From: Marsupella aquatica
Lineage: Eukaryota; Plantae; Marchantiophyta
Assembly: GCA_973895155.1 (NCBI GenBank)
Contig: OZ316894.1
Coordinates: forward strand, 24,922,709 to 24,986,708
Reading direction: 5' to 3'
DNA length: 64,000 nucleotides
Under the pieces are notes generated by a model. The model searched no databases. It saw only the letters and a program-made list of their open reading frames with translations, and was not told the DNA's origin. The position numbers were made by a program, and so were the translations under genes. Within the stretch, counting starts at the first letter, position 1; every line of letters begins with the position of its first letter. Shown piece by piece: positions 12,502 to 24,913 of the stretch.

Positions 12502-13035
12502 CCCCTTGCATCCTGAAGCCCCATTGATAACCCAAAGTTTTTGTTACTTTAAGCTTTTTACTTAAAGTTACCATGGCTGCTTACTTGGCTTTGGCCGCCC
12601 CAATGCCGAGCGGGATGCCAAGACCCCTTGGGATAATGACACGGCTTGGCTGACTTTTCAACAACTCTTCACTACCCCTTGCATCTTAGAACTCCATTGG
12701 GCCCAAAGTTTTGGCTACCTTATAATTCTTACTTAAAGTCGCCGCAATAGCTTAATTGGCATTGGCCGCCCCAATGTCAAGACCCCCTCGGGTAACGGAG
12801 CAGCTTGGCTGACTTTTCAATGGCCCTTTCCCTACCCTTGCATATATCTTGGAACCCCATCAGTAACCCCAATTTTTTTGGTTACTTTAAGCTTAGTTTG
12901 CTTAAAGTTGACCGTGGCCGCTTACTTGGCTGTGGCCGCCCCAATGCCAATTCCCCTTGGGGCAACGGCACGACTCAGCCCACTTTTCAACAAAACAATT
13001 TGCCTACCCCTTGCATGGAACCCCTTTGGTAACCT
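12502..13035. repeat. ~165-175 bp tandem repeat, 3+ copies, inside the Helitron
   Basis: CCC(C)TTGCAT...CTTAAAGT...TGGCCGCCCCAATG...ACTTTTCAA recurs from ~12502, ~12676, ~12835 and partially ~13007. Confidence 0.8.
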
Positions 13036-14870
13036 CATCCAAGTTTACTCGGCTCCTTACTCGCCAATACCATGCCCCCCTGGGGTGGTGGTGTGGCTTG
13101 CAACACTTTCCAACATTGGAGGACCTGCCACCACCGGACCAACTTTGGTCCAGATATTTTGGCCCCCACCCCATGCCTCTTCCTGTGCTAAGCAAAGTGG
13201 CAAGACATAACAACAACTGAGGGGTTGTTGGGGAGTTGGAACCCGGGGCAAGATTGAGTTAGGTTGCGGATGGGACCTTGGGGTCTCGGGTTTCATTCCA
13301 CCCCGGGATGTTGGGTCTAGCATTTTTTACAACATTATTTTTTGGTTTTTGGCCAGTGTGACAAATGTCAGCCTCTCAAAGGAAGGAAATGCTATGAGTA
13401 TTCTTCAACAAATTTTCTTGAATTATATCTTCTTCATCAGATATCCCTAGATTGACGTACAATGGTTAGATTTTGGCAAATGGGGTCCATGATTTGGTGG
13501 GAGAGTGGCCAATGGTATGCAAAGAATCTAGCAATTTTTTGGCAAAAGTGACGGAAAAAATGGTGAACATATTTTGGGGAGATGAAATTTGGCAAAAGTT
13601 TGCACCTAAAAACTACGTTGTTTGGATGAGGCCATGGCCAGGGTAGTCTCAGGAGTCATCATCCCTTCCTCTTCACTCTCCCTCATAGCTCTCCCTCTTC
13701 TAGCTATTGGGTAATGGGTATTGCTCCTCTTCACACTCCCTCTTCTTGCCATTGGGTAGTTGTTGTTGCTTAAAAGTACTCATTAAATGCCTGGAGCCCT
13801 TATAAGCTCACATAGGCTTGGAATAGAGAGCTCCAAACTCCAAAAGGAAAGAAGCTACTCTCTTCCCTCTCTCTTAAAAGTTGTACTCTGATGGTACAAT
13901 TGTACCTGCTTTTACAGGACCTCTATCCCCTTTGTACCTTGTACCTGGGGCTCCTAAGAGTAATGAGCTCATATACTGTACCTGAAGGTACAATAGTACC
14001 TGAAGGTACAATAGTACCTGTCTTGTGCATCTTTGTGTACTTGTTTTGTGCACACCAAGCCCTGTACCAGGTTTCCTCACGTTCCTTTTTTTTTCCCCCT
14101 TATTGGTTCCATATTTACAGGTTTCAATTATTCTCACCCAAATGAACACTCCAAATTTCAATTATTCTCACGCAAAAGAACACTTCAAATTTGAATGATG
14201 AACACGCCATTTTTTGGCGCAACTGTGTATTATAGTTTAGGATGCTCCATCTTTTACATAACTATTCATGAAGCGTCCTTCCGATGTGGTGCTCATGTAT
14301 GGGATCGAAGATCGGATTGGTGTTAGTCAGGTACGGTAGTGATCGATCCCATCCAGAAATAACTCACTCGCAACACCTAAGTCGACCAGTGTTCTCTCAA
14401 ATTTCAGGACCAGTGCCGTGTAATACAAAGACTTCACAACCTCTGTGAACTGGTTGAAGACGACAGTCAGCAACTCAAGCAGCTCAAATGGTGGCCTCAT
14501 TTATTTCGAGCTCAAGTCCAACCTCCTTCAGTTCTCATTGCAGTCCACAACAGACACTCCTTGCTCAAGACAGTCAGTTCTCCCCCAGTTGTCACGTTGA
14601 TTTTGAGATGTTCGTACACGCCATTTAGAGTATTGAACTCGAGTACTTGCAATCATGCACCCTGGCCACAGCAGCTCCTGTGCAGCGCACTTCATGATCG
14701 AGCTCACTGACCAAGCACGTGAAGAGCTCCGGGTAGCAGGATTTCAATCCGAAGGACGCGCGGGTTTATATGTAGCAGAATGGACTGGACAGAGTAATAG
14801 CATTGGAAAGAGTGAGATCTCGATAAGTGGAGGTCCCTAGTTTGCATTCATAGCAGCTCGAACATTAGCA

Positions 14871-17468
14871 ATGCGGTCCCATTTAGGCCCTCCATTCGGT
14901 GCCGTGGTGAAGACTGTCGTGGCTGTGGCAATGCTATGGATGTACGCTAATAATACCGCTCAGGCATTCACATGTCCCCCGGGCTTCATCAGTTTTGGAA
15001 CTTCGCTCAGTGACACAGGCACCGTGGCGTTTGCGTTCCCGGGACTATCACCGTCTGAGAATCTACCATACGGAGAGACCTTCTTCGGCTCCAACGCATA
15101 TCGCTTCTCCGATGGACGCCTCGTGGTCGACTTCCTCGGTCAGCTTATCGGCCCCTCCCTTTGCTTGCTCAATGCAAGCCCACTACTTTGCATTGCATAT
15201 AATGTGCGGTATCATTATTGTCCTGCACTCCAGCTTTCACTGGTGCTGTGAATTACATTCTAATGGGAGGACACAAACGTTGAATAGCATCCGAGAATAA
15301 TCTGCTACAATTGCCAACGATGTCATCCCACTACACTCTCTCCCATGACAATGATTGAGCAGAATTAATCACAGTAGACCGAGGTCTACGAGCCAGACAT
15401 TGTTCCACACAGAGCATCTTCAGGAATGCATCACGAGAAATGTAACCGAAGATATGGAATGAACAGAACCAAATAGGGAGGCAGTAGCAGCTCTCCCATC
15501 GCATTTCCTGATGAGCTGGACGTAGCTCAAACAGTGAAGTCTTCATTGGTTCCTTCTTCAAAACCTTGAAATGCCTCTCTGTTTTTCTGTGCCTGAAGTA
15601 TCTTTTTACATTCATGTCCGCCTTGTTTTGTGGTGCAGATCTGGCTTTTGGGTATCCGTTGCTCAGCGCATATCTGCAGAGTGTTGCACCGGACTTTCGG
15701 CGTGGGGTGAACTTTGCAACGTCAGGAGCAACTGCGCTACCTGAAGCACCTCAGGTACCCTTCTTTTTGGGTTTCCAAGTGAGGCAGTTCTCGAGGTTTA
15801 AACGGAGCACGCAGGTCGCAGAGCAGGCTGCTGGTGAGAACTCATTCATTCCGTCCCTCTCCCAGCACACCACTGTAGCTTTCTGCAAGTTTAACTTGTT
15901 CAGACCATTGGTCACAACGAGAAAGAATCAAAGGGAGTGAGTGCCAACACGAGAGGATCAAACTTGCCCTTGCCCTCCAGTCATCATACCCGCTTCTAAT
16001 TTAGGCGTATCTCAATCACATTTACTACAAATGTTGTACTCTTTCCAGATTATCGAACTGAGTGGAAGGCTCATCCGCCAGCTTAGAAGTGAGTTTGTTG
16101 AAAGTCATATGTACAGCGTCATCATCGTAACATCTTTCATTACAAATGTGCAGGGGTCGCATATCAAATCAAGACATTGCTTCCGGACAATTCTGTCTTT
16201 ACCGATGGTCTGTATATCCTTTCATTCGGAAGAAACGACTTCACTTTTGGGTATACATTGCAAGGATTCAACCCAGCTACAGCCATTTCAATTCTTGCGC
16301 CTACAATTGTGTTATCCATTGTTAATGGCATCGAAGTGAGTAACAGCTGGACTTCTTACTCTCCCTTTTTTCACAAAGTGAAATCGTGCTCTGCCTAGTT
16401 TACAGTGTGGAAATTCTGTTCACTGGAAAAATACGAGCATGTGAGGTTTGAATTCACTTGTCTCTTACGACAAGACGAACAAAAATCATGGTGAATCCCC
16501 TTTTAGTGTGTTGGAGTATCATTACTGTGTACATTTCGCAGCATCTCATTTCAAGCCAGAGTTATGTGAACTGGACTAGGATGAGGTTCTTGAGAGCTCA
16601 TGTTTTGGCTTGCTTGATTTTCCATGAGAACGAGATGACAACGCCGTAAGGATTGTTCGATCATATCTAACATATATTCGGAAATTGAAGACTCTGTACG
16701 CAGAAGGAGCAAGAAACTTCCTTGTTTTCAATGTTCCCCCGCAAGGATGCTCTCCTCAATATCTCACCATCTTCGGATCTTCAAACTCGGCTGACTATGA
16801 CGCGAATGGGTGTTTAATTGCATACAATCAAGCAAACGAAATTTTCAACGCTCAATTAAAAGCAGCTATCGATGGATTGACAGGCTCTTTGAGCGGGTCG
16901 ACGATTTTGTATTTTGATTATTACCAAGCGACGATTGCTGTGATTAAAGATCCAGGATCATATGGTAAGATTGATTTGCAGCTCACACTTCCAGAAATAT
17001 ATAACTCGGAAAGTTTTGACAGCTTAACAAGTACTTGTATTCGTTGCTCGCAATTGGCATTTGTTTGAAGTAACTAATGGTGTCTAAAACGAACTTTCTG
17101 ATTGACATTCTGACTAATGTGAGGCTACTGTAGGCTTTGCAGCGGCGACTATACTAGATGCCTGTTGTGGTATTGGCGGAAAATATAATTACAATCCAGT
17201 TGTGCAATGCGCAGCAACTGGCAGCCTCAACAATATCACAGTATCAGTGGGGTCTTGTAGCAATCCAAACGAGTACATTAATTGGGATGGTATACATTTC
17301 ACTGACGCTTTCAATGGAGTAATTGCAAAACTTCTGCTATCTGGACAGTTTTTAGATCCCCCCATCAATTTGCAAACAACTTGCAATCTTGATTTTAGCA
17401 AATTCACAGGGTTCAAATTCTCTCAAGCTTACCCTAGTGGCTACATTATAGACCCTCCCAGCTCCTGA
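14871..17468 (+). CDS. GDSL (SGNH) esterase/lipase, secreted; exons 14871-15138, 15639-15833, 16154-16335, 16691-16964, 17134-17468
   Basis: Signal-peptide-like N-terminus, then FGTSLSDTG, PYGETFF, RFSDGRLVVDFL, GVNFATSGA, FGRNDF, LYAEGARNF, ACCG and WDGIHFT. All introns GT-AG and phases join; 5-exon layout typical of plant GDSLs. Confidence 0.95.
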
Positions 17469-19133
17469 TAGCCTGATTGAGTTGGACGGCTGACAAGGTG
17501 GTCCTCACCACACGTCCAGCATTAGCAAAATTCACCAAGTGGAAGCTCAAGGCATGATCGTTTGACTTGGTGCTCCTACTTAAGATAGGTGCCATTCATA
17601 GCTCATGATTCTTGCAGCTAAAACATTCCAGAAAGAATTGTAAGGAGTTGTGCAGAACTCATCACCAAATATTCATAAATTTCAGCAGTGACTTTGGAAA
17701 TGATCTCAAACTCCAGTTGTTAAGTTATTAACTATGCTTCAAAAGCGTCATAAACGTCCATATATACTTCATACTGTGCTGTATTAAATTCCATTTTGGC
17801 ACATTTTTGCAAGTTTGAACACACCATGGGTGGCCAGTAAAGTAGCTGACAGTGGAACTCTTGAAGCGCCACTGTCCACCATCATACCTGGATCCATGGG
17901 ATTCCACTATCAATCTTAATATTTTCATGCAATCTTGGAGGACACTGGGACAAGGTGCCGCTCAACTATGTGGTTCAATTTGTCAGGAGGATATCTAAAC
18001 AGCTCATATTTGTAGGGTAGCATCATTTCTACCTTCTTACCAAATGAAATTTTTTAGTTTTTTCCCAACAGTGTGCACACGGCTCAAAAGCTCTGCAGAA
18101 TGAAGTGCAAAATGGAGTAACTTTACTACAGTACTTGTTGGCCATAGTTAAAGTACCTACCCAAAGTGACTAGCACCACAGCAGACCATCTCACCCCCAC
18201 TGAGAAAAATAACTATTTAAGTGCTGTGACATAAGGCACATTGCACAATTTCAACCATTGATCTGACAGATGTTAATTGATGAGTGACTTCAGATTGTTT
18301 CAGAATTTCTAGATTCTGAAGTCTTATATATCACGTTGCCAAAGAACAGAAGGTGCCCAATGAGGAAACAAGATCCTACAGGCAGAAAACCCAATCAAGG
18401 GGAAACAACAGACAAGCCCAAAGGCCCCACCTACTGTACATTGGCTTTACAAGAACTAGGGGCCAATGAATGTATGGTGTCTACCGAACTTACATGGCAG
18501 TCAGTGAACCCAAGGAAATGCTAATATGACATAAGTGCTTATTTTTTCTAGAAAAACATTTCAAACTTTGACTCCTTCATTCAAGTGATTTGTATTTATT
18601 GAAAAGAAAACATACTTGTTTGGAGTTTTCTTAAGAAGAAGAAGTGGTGATAAAAAGTCACAATGCACCGCATCTTGTAATACACCCTAATTGGACCAAT
18701 AATAAATGAGGAGTACAGTATGGGTTTCAATCCATATCTCAGTGGGCCTTTAAAGTTCTCGCTTAACACAAAAGAACACAAAAGTTTAACTCCAAGTGAC
18801 ATATTCTTTATGTAAAATCTCAGCCAAACTTTACGTAACTGAGATATGAGACCCAACTGAAAAGTACATTGTTCTAGTGTCTCCATGTGGGCTTCCTTGG
18901 CTGTATATGGTAAAGTCCTGTTCCTATAGGAAAGCTTCCTACTTTGTGATTAGATTGTGTTGTGGGATATACTGCCCAAAAACAAAGGCTATAGTCCAAG
19001 GTGAGGGGACACTATGGCCCACATTGCCACTAACCTGAATCTGATTTAAATAAAGACCTCGGAGAGTTTTGGAAAGAAACCCCCCAAAAATTAAAATACT
19101 TGAAATCAAGTCATGCATTAGTGTGTAGAGAAC

Positions 19134-19520
19134 AAGAAGACAAATGCCAGGATTTTGGCCATGCACATTATGTAACCATGTCTCAAACCTTACTTTTTCT
19201 GTTACATGTTACATAGTGTGCTCCTCAAATAAGGTGTGTAGAAAACAAATGTCCTCAAAATACAAACCCAAAACTAGCAACACTCTTTACATAAGAAAGA
19301 AGAAGACAGAATGCCAGGATTTTGGCCATGCAAACACTCTCAAACCTTAATTCTTGTTATACATCGTGACATAATGTGCTCCTCAAATAAGGTGTGTAGG
19401 AAACAAATGTCCTCAAAAATGCAAACCCAATACTAGCAAAACGCTGTACATTTCTGTTAACAATAATCAATGTTTGGGAATATAAACCCAAAACTAGCAA
19501 AACGCTTTACATTTCTGTTG
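19134..19520. repeat. ~170-bp tandem duplication plus shorter sub-repeats
   Basis: AATGCCAGGATTTTGGCCATGCA...CTCAAACCTTA...GTGCTCCTCAAATAAGGTGTGTAG.AAACAAATGTCCTCAAAA occurs twice; AAACCCAAA.ACTAGCAA occurs three times. Confidence 0.75.
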
Positions 19521-20652
19521 CACTTTCCAATAAGTGCCTATGAAAGCCTTTTTGCACTTCCACAAATTTCTTGTCAGTTCATACACATCTATTTCTCATA
19601 CCCAGAATACTCATAGTGCACTATTTAAGTGCATGAAACTACAATGTGTAGTTGTTTGTTGCACTTATCAATCAATATTTCTATCATATGTGTTGCAATC
19701 ATTGATTAATGTATCTGTACTCTTAACTCTTATAGACAGAAAATGCCCTTATATATTTGTCGTTTAGTGACAGCCAATATGCACTTACAGAAGGTTCGTT
19801 TACAAAAGAATTTGTTTTGTATTATTGAGGGACTACACGACCACCCTGCAGTTACCAACGGAATGCAGTTATACAAGGTGCACTTATCCACGGTACACTG
19901 TAGACAGTTCTGAAGATTACAGTCGGGGCAGAGAACGCGTATGCGCAATAGCGTTTCCTCTCTCTTGTGCTCTCTCTCTCTCTCTCTGTGTCTCTGCTTC
20001 TCTAGTCAGTCTTTGGGAGCACTCGTTTCATGGGACGAATTGGTTTGCAAGTACAATAGTAGTAGGTTGAAGCATTGTGTTTCATGGTCCGCGCAGCAAT
20101 CGTAGTTCTGTCTCGGTCAAGTCGTTTTCGCAACTAGGTCGAAGCATTGTTCTCAAAAAGCTCTCGCAGAGAAAGAAATCTTACAACTCCCTCTCCTCTC
20201 TCGTTTTTGTTCGCTACTTTGTACATTTGGTTTGTAGCATTTTGGCAACAGCTCAGCACAGAAATCCTTGCTTTACGAGCACTCTGTCTGTGCTGTGCTG
20301 TGCTGTGCTTTGCTGTGCTGTGCATGAGCTTTTCGAGCATTCAGTGATCTTCAAATGTGACGGTCTAAATTTTCTGCGATGACGATGGCTCCTGCATTTC
20401 ACTTGAACGTCTCTGAGGCAATCGGGACTTCCGTTTGTCATGGTCTAACAAGCAACTGACTAAAATTAAGAATCTCGCCCTGTTTCTTCTCCTGTCCCCA
20501 TTTCTTCTTCGTGCGGACGGACGGACAACAATTTTGCTAGGGACAGCCCGCACTTCGCTACGGAATGGGTGTGCGACTGAAATATGCAGCAGCAGCTGGT
20601 TTGGAGCGGGCATCTGGTTTAGGTCTGGATAGGTTCGTGTTATTGAGCTGAG

Positions 20653-21137
20653 TTATTCAACTTGTTGCACAGAGTAGGGTACTTGATGCTCAGGGTGGAG
20701 CTGGAATGGTGCTCTCTGTGTGCAAACTGGCAGATTGTTCATCCCTGGGATAGGCAGAGGGGCCACATTGGTGAAAATATCTGAATGTCTTGGAGCATAG
20801 GTGACCTGACAGGGGGACCGCATTGCTGGAAACATCCTGCATGTGTTGGAGCAACGGTGATCACTTGAGGCCTGGTCCGGGGGGTTGGGGAAGGCGAAAC
20901 ACAATGCTGAATGTATTGGAGCACTGGTGAAGGCGGGTTTAGGTCTGGACAGTCTTCGTGTGATTGACGTCTGTTATTCAACTTGGGGAACACAGGATAG
21001 TTGCTGCTGTACTAGAGATGGAAATGTGGGCTCCATTTGCAAGGTATGCCGTTCGGTCAACCTTCAGGTAGCCGGGGGGCCACATTGGTGAAAACATCCT
21101 GAATGTATTGGACCACCGGTGATTACTTGAAGCCACC
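20653..21137. repeat. Degenerate ~60-bp repeats immediately upstream of the kinase ATG
   Basis: CACATTGGTGAAAA...TGAATGT.TTGGA.CA..GGTGA-like units at ~20762, ~20820, ~20900 and ~21080. TTATTCAACTTG at ~20653 and ~20974. Confidence 0.6.
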
Positions 21138-23291
21138 ATGCGGCGGGGCCCCTGCTTCATGGCTGCATTGTGTCCACCATGTCTGTTTTTGGCATGTGTA
21201 TTTCTCGGAAGTTTTGGACATTGTGCCATTCTCCATGTAAACAGTCCGGCTATTTTATGGACTGACAGCTCTACGAGAGTGAGGAAGCTTGTAGCCCCTC
21301 CCTCCCCGCTGTCAATGCCTCCACAAACAATAATTGGTAATTGCAACCAAATCTGTGGCGTTGGGTTCATCCCTTTGCAGTCTACCTCAGGATGTGGATG
21401 CGTGATACCTATCTCAGTCGGACTTGAGCTTGAGGTTACGCTGGACATTTTCTTAACATTTGTGATGGAACTTGGCAAGGAGCTAGCAGATGGCACGTTC
21501 TTACAGCAGCAACAAGTTATTATCCAGTCAGCCAACCCAGTCAGCAACCAACCTGATAAAACAGCTGTCATGGCTTATCTTACTCCGTTGGGTGTTGCGT
21601 TTGATGCCCCCACTTGTGAACTGGTTGCTGAAAGATTCTGGACCCGGCAAATCTTCATAAACGAGACTCTCTTTGGCAACTATACAGTTGAATATGTGAC
21701 TTATCCAGGCCTCAATCTTGGTCCACCTGCCCAACCTTCAAATGGAACTACGGTTGGTGCACCAAGCTCAGCTATCGGAATTGGGGGTGGAGATGGCGGA
21801 AATGTCAATGGAGGAGACAAGCTCGACAGTAAATTGATTGTATTAATTGCGTTGTTATCTGGATTTGGTTTTGTGATTATTTTTGGGGCCATTTCAGTTG
21901 TGTGTATTGCACTGAGTACAAGGGAACATAATATCAGAGTCTCTTTCGATCAGGCTCCTATGTCAAGCAGTTTCAGATCAGGCGACTGTTCCAGGATTTC
22001 AAGTGTGTTGGCAAATTCTACCTCAATGTCATTCATATCCAGTATTGCAGCATATGCTGGATTCATAAGGACATTCACATTGTTTGAAGTTGAAAGAGCG
22101 ACTGAGAATTTCAGTCCCGAAAATGTTGTTGGAGAAGGTGGGTTTGGCCGCGTTTATCGAGGTCTGCTAGAGGATGGCTGCAAGGTGGCTGTGAAAGTCT
22201 TGACAGGGGAGGGGAGTGAGTTTGTGGCAGAGGTGGAAGTACTAAGTCGTCTGCACCATCGAAACTTAGTCAAATTGATCGGTATATGTACAGACAATTG
22301 TACTAAATGTCTCATTTATGAACTTGTGTCAAATGGGAGTTTGGAATCACATCTCCATGGTGTTGACAGGCTGGTGGCACCATTGGACTGGAAAACTCGA
22401 GTCAAGATTGCACTAGGAGCTGCTCGTGGTCTTGCATATTTACACGAGGATTCCAATCCATGTATCATACATCGTGACTTCAAGGCTAGCAATATTTTGT
22501 TGGAGGATGATTTCACAGCTAAAGTGTCAGACTTTGGATTGGCTAAAGTTGCTACAGAAGGAGGAAATGAGCACGTCTCTACAAGGGTCATGGGAACGTT
22601 TGGATACGTTGCGCCGGAGTATGCAATGACTGGCCATCTTCTGGTCAAGAGTGACGTGTACAGCTATGGTGTTGTGCTACTAGAGCTGCTGACAGGAAGG
22701 AAACCTGTGGATATGGATCAGCCTGGGGGGCAGGAGAATCTTGTGACTTGGGCTCGCCCTTTGCTCATCAATAGAGATGCGTTGTCCTTGTGTCTTGATC
22801 CTGCCTTAGAAAATAGCTACCCACCGGAAGATTTGGCAAAGATGGCAGCGGTTGCTCACAGGTGTGTACACCCAGAAGTTTCCCAACGGCCATTTATGGG
22901 AGAGGTAGTCCAAGCACTTAAACTTATCTATCGTGAATCAGGATTACTTGATGATAATGTATCTCTTGGCATGCTGAGTCGAGAATCATCACCCACTCAG
23001 GGAAGTACTACTTTTAGGTATCTGTCACCAGATCCTTGGGGCATGCAATCACAGTATGCGTCTGATGGGATGCTATTAATGACTGGCGATCTTGACCGTG
23101 AACCTTCTTGGAACTCCTTCACCTTCGAGTCAAATAGACCACTGTCAGCTTCCGCTGCACTACCCAGCTCGAGCATTTCACTTCGGCAGTTGTCTGGTTC
23201 ATTCCAGAGACGCAGTACTTCTGGCCCTCTCACAACGTCTAAGAATCAATTCCCCTGGTATAAAGTCAGGCATTCGGGCCGCCCAACATGA
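21138..23291 (+). CDS. ALE2-like receptor-like Ser/Thr kinase, 717 aa, single exon
   Basis: Cys-containing ectodomain (C...C...SGCGCVIPISVGL) resembling ALE2, one TM helix, and a complete kinase domain: GEGGFGRVY, VAVK, HRDFKASNILL, DFG, GTFGYVAPEYAMTGHLLVKSDVYSYG, GQENLVTWARPLL. Confidence 0.92.
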   Translation: MRRGPCFMAALCPPCLFLACVFLGSFGHCAILHVNSPAILWTDSSTRVRKLVAPPSPLSMPPQTIIGNCNQICGVGFIPLQSTSGCGCVIPISVGLELEVTLDIFLTFVMELGKELADGTFLQQQQVIIQSANPVSNQPDKTAVMAYLTPLGVAFDAPTCELVAERFWTRQIFINETLFGNYTVEYVTYPGLNLGPPAQPSNGTTVGAPSSAIGIGGGDGGNVNGGDKLDSKLIVLIALLSGFGFVIIFGAISVVCIALSTREHNIRVSFDQAPMSSSFRSGDCSRISSVLANSTSMSFISSIAAYAGFIRTFTLFEVERATENFSPENVVGEGGFGRVYRGLLEDGCKVAVKVLTGEGSEFVAEVEVLSRLHHRNLVKLIGICTDNCTKCLIYELVSNGSLESHLHGVDRLVAPLDWKTRVKIALGAARGLAYLHEDSNPCIIHRDFKASNILLEDDFTAKVSDFGLAKVATEGGNEHVSTRVMGTFGYVAPEYAMTGHLLVKSDVYSYGVVLLELLTGRKPVDMDQPGGQENLVTWARPLLINRDALSLCLDPALENSYPPEDLAKMAAVAHRCVHPEVSQRPFMGEVVQALKLIYRESGLLDDNVSLGMLSRESSPTQGSTTFRYLSPDPWGMQSQYASDGMLLMTGDLDREPSWNSFTFESNRPLSASAALPSSSISLRQLSGSFQRRSTSGPLTTSKNQFPWYKVRHSGRPT

Positions 23292-24013
23292 GCAGTGAAG
23301 CAGTTAGTGTTATATAAGCAGCAAGCAGGCTCGAATGTGAGCAGTGGGACATTATGTACAGAGGTCTGGACACCCTCTTCTTTAGCAAATAGGTATTCAC
23401 TTTAGACACTACTTCCTGATTTTGTTACCATTTGAAGCAATGAGAAAGAAGTCTGCCATCAGTGCCCATTGAAAATGACTGTATTTCATCAGATTCAGTT
23501 CTTGACCATAACCTTGATTGACTTCGAGGCTGTCTTATGAAGGTCTGAAGTAGAACCTTCATGGTTGAGAAAAGCAATTATCGTTGATTAGCGTCACTTG
23601 TCAGATTCAAGTCACGATTGTATGCCCTGAAGTGCCGAGACTCCGTCAAAGGCTGATCACCAAAGGCCTGAAGACGAACCATACTTCACGAGTCAAGCAA
23701 AACTCATCAGATTCAAATTATCACTTTAAGCCGAAGCAAGGAGATCAATTTAAGGCTGGGGTCTGAAGGCCTCACTGATAGTTAAACACAATCATCTACG
23801 GAAGATATAATCTTGCTTGTCGAAAGATTGTCATTGTTTCGTGAAGATGAAAGATATAATCTTGCTTGTGTAAAGCTTGCCATTGTTAGCTGAAGACGAA
23901 TTAAAAACGACGGAATTCAATAAGAATTCTAAAACCCTGAACCTTTTCCCAGGAGGGTGTTGTCGAAGTGTCGAAGAAAATTGCGTACCCCAAACGAGTG
24001 CAAGTACAGGACC

Positions 24014-24913
24014 TTAGCAGACTTGAGTTTTGCCACAGAGCACATAGAGCGCGATGCGAGAGCTGCGGAAATCCGGATGCCAATCGTCCTCGGGCACGAG
24101 TCCGACCACAAAATCCTTGATGGCTCCATCTAAGAAGCACTCAAGAACATCATCGTTCCTCAGCTCACCGGCAATGAACACAGTCGAGTGGGCGGCACAG
24201 AGAGCTCGTAAGGAATGCAAGAGATCCGTCACCACGTCCTTGTTATAAATGACATCGGATGCAACCACGAAATCTGGCTTGGAATCCACAAGAGCTCGGT
24301 CGGGCTCTTCTCCCCACGTAAACTCCATCACCTCCGCAGTAGCAGCAGAAACAGCGACACCACCAACCCTCTGTGCTCGAGCATTCCCTCTGAGATTCTC
24401 TCGGACATTCTTACTCCCTCTGACATTCTCTCGGACATTCTTCTGCAGGAGCTTGAGGCGGTCGGGGAGGTCCGTGAGGATGACATGGGCGCCGAGGAGG
24501 GCAGCCACGCATCCCACGAGGCCGCATCCAGAGCCCAGCTCCACCACCTTCTTGCCATGGAAGTCGACCAGATGGGAGTCCGCACTATGCTCCAGAAACT
24601 TGGCGAGAATCACTCCACTGTCCCACATCACACCTCCGGTTACCCCTATTTGCGAGAGGGAGGAAGGAGCCTGAGAGATTGAGAGTTCGTGGCCACAGGC
24701 ATCCAGGCGCAGTTGCAAGCCCGCCTGCTGCACGAATTTGTTCGGCCTGTGCGTTGTGGGTTGCTGTAAGCCCCACAGCAGCATCACCTCTTCACTCCCG
24801 TCCCTGACGAGGGCTACGGGCTTTGGCCACGCCCCCACCACTCCGCATTGCCGCTCGTCTTCTTCCTCCGTCTCCTCTTCTGCCAGTGACTGCTTACTGA
24901 CCGAGACTTCCAT
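24014..24913 (-). CDS. METTL21-like protein-lysine N-methyltransferase (Methyltransf_16), 299 aa, single exon
   Basis: TGGVMWDSGVILAKFL, SAM-binding VVELGSGCGLVG, ILTDLPD, FTWG, VASDVIY. N-terminal LLWGLQQPT...LRLDACGHELSI is typical of the plant METTL21A-like clade. Confidence 0.92.
   Translation of the reverse strand: MEVSVSKQSLAEEETEEEDERQCGVVGAWPKPVALVRDGSEEVMLLWGLQQPTTHRPNKFVQQAGLQLRLDACGHELSISQAPSSLSQIGVTGGVMWDSGVILAKFLEHSADSHLVDFHGKKVVELGSGCGLVGCVAALLGAHVILTDLPDRLKLLQKNVRENVRGSKNVRENLRGNARAQRVGGVAVSAATAEVMEFTWGEEPDRALVDSKPDFVVASDVIYNKDVVTDLLHSLRALCAAHSTVFIAGELRNDDVLECFLDGAIKDFVVGLVPEDDWHPDFRSSRIALYVLCGKTQVC

Larger units (their letters stand above)
10780..14242 (-). mobile_element. 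Non-autonomous Helitron (~3.46 kb)
   Basis: On the minus strand it starts A|TCCTAAACTATAAT (14242) and ends GTGCAACGCACGGGTATTGAGCTAG|T (10780), the typical plant Helitron hairpin + CTAG end, with A|T insertion and no TSD. Removal rejoins CAATCA/TGCTCCATCTTTTTACAT, matching the neighbouring CATGCTCCATCTTTTACAT at ~10713. No RepHel ORF. Confidence 0.85.
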
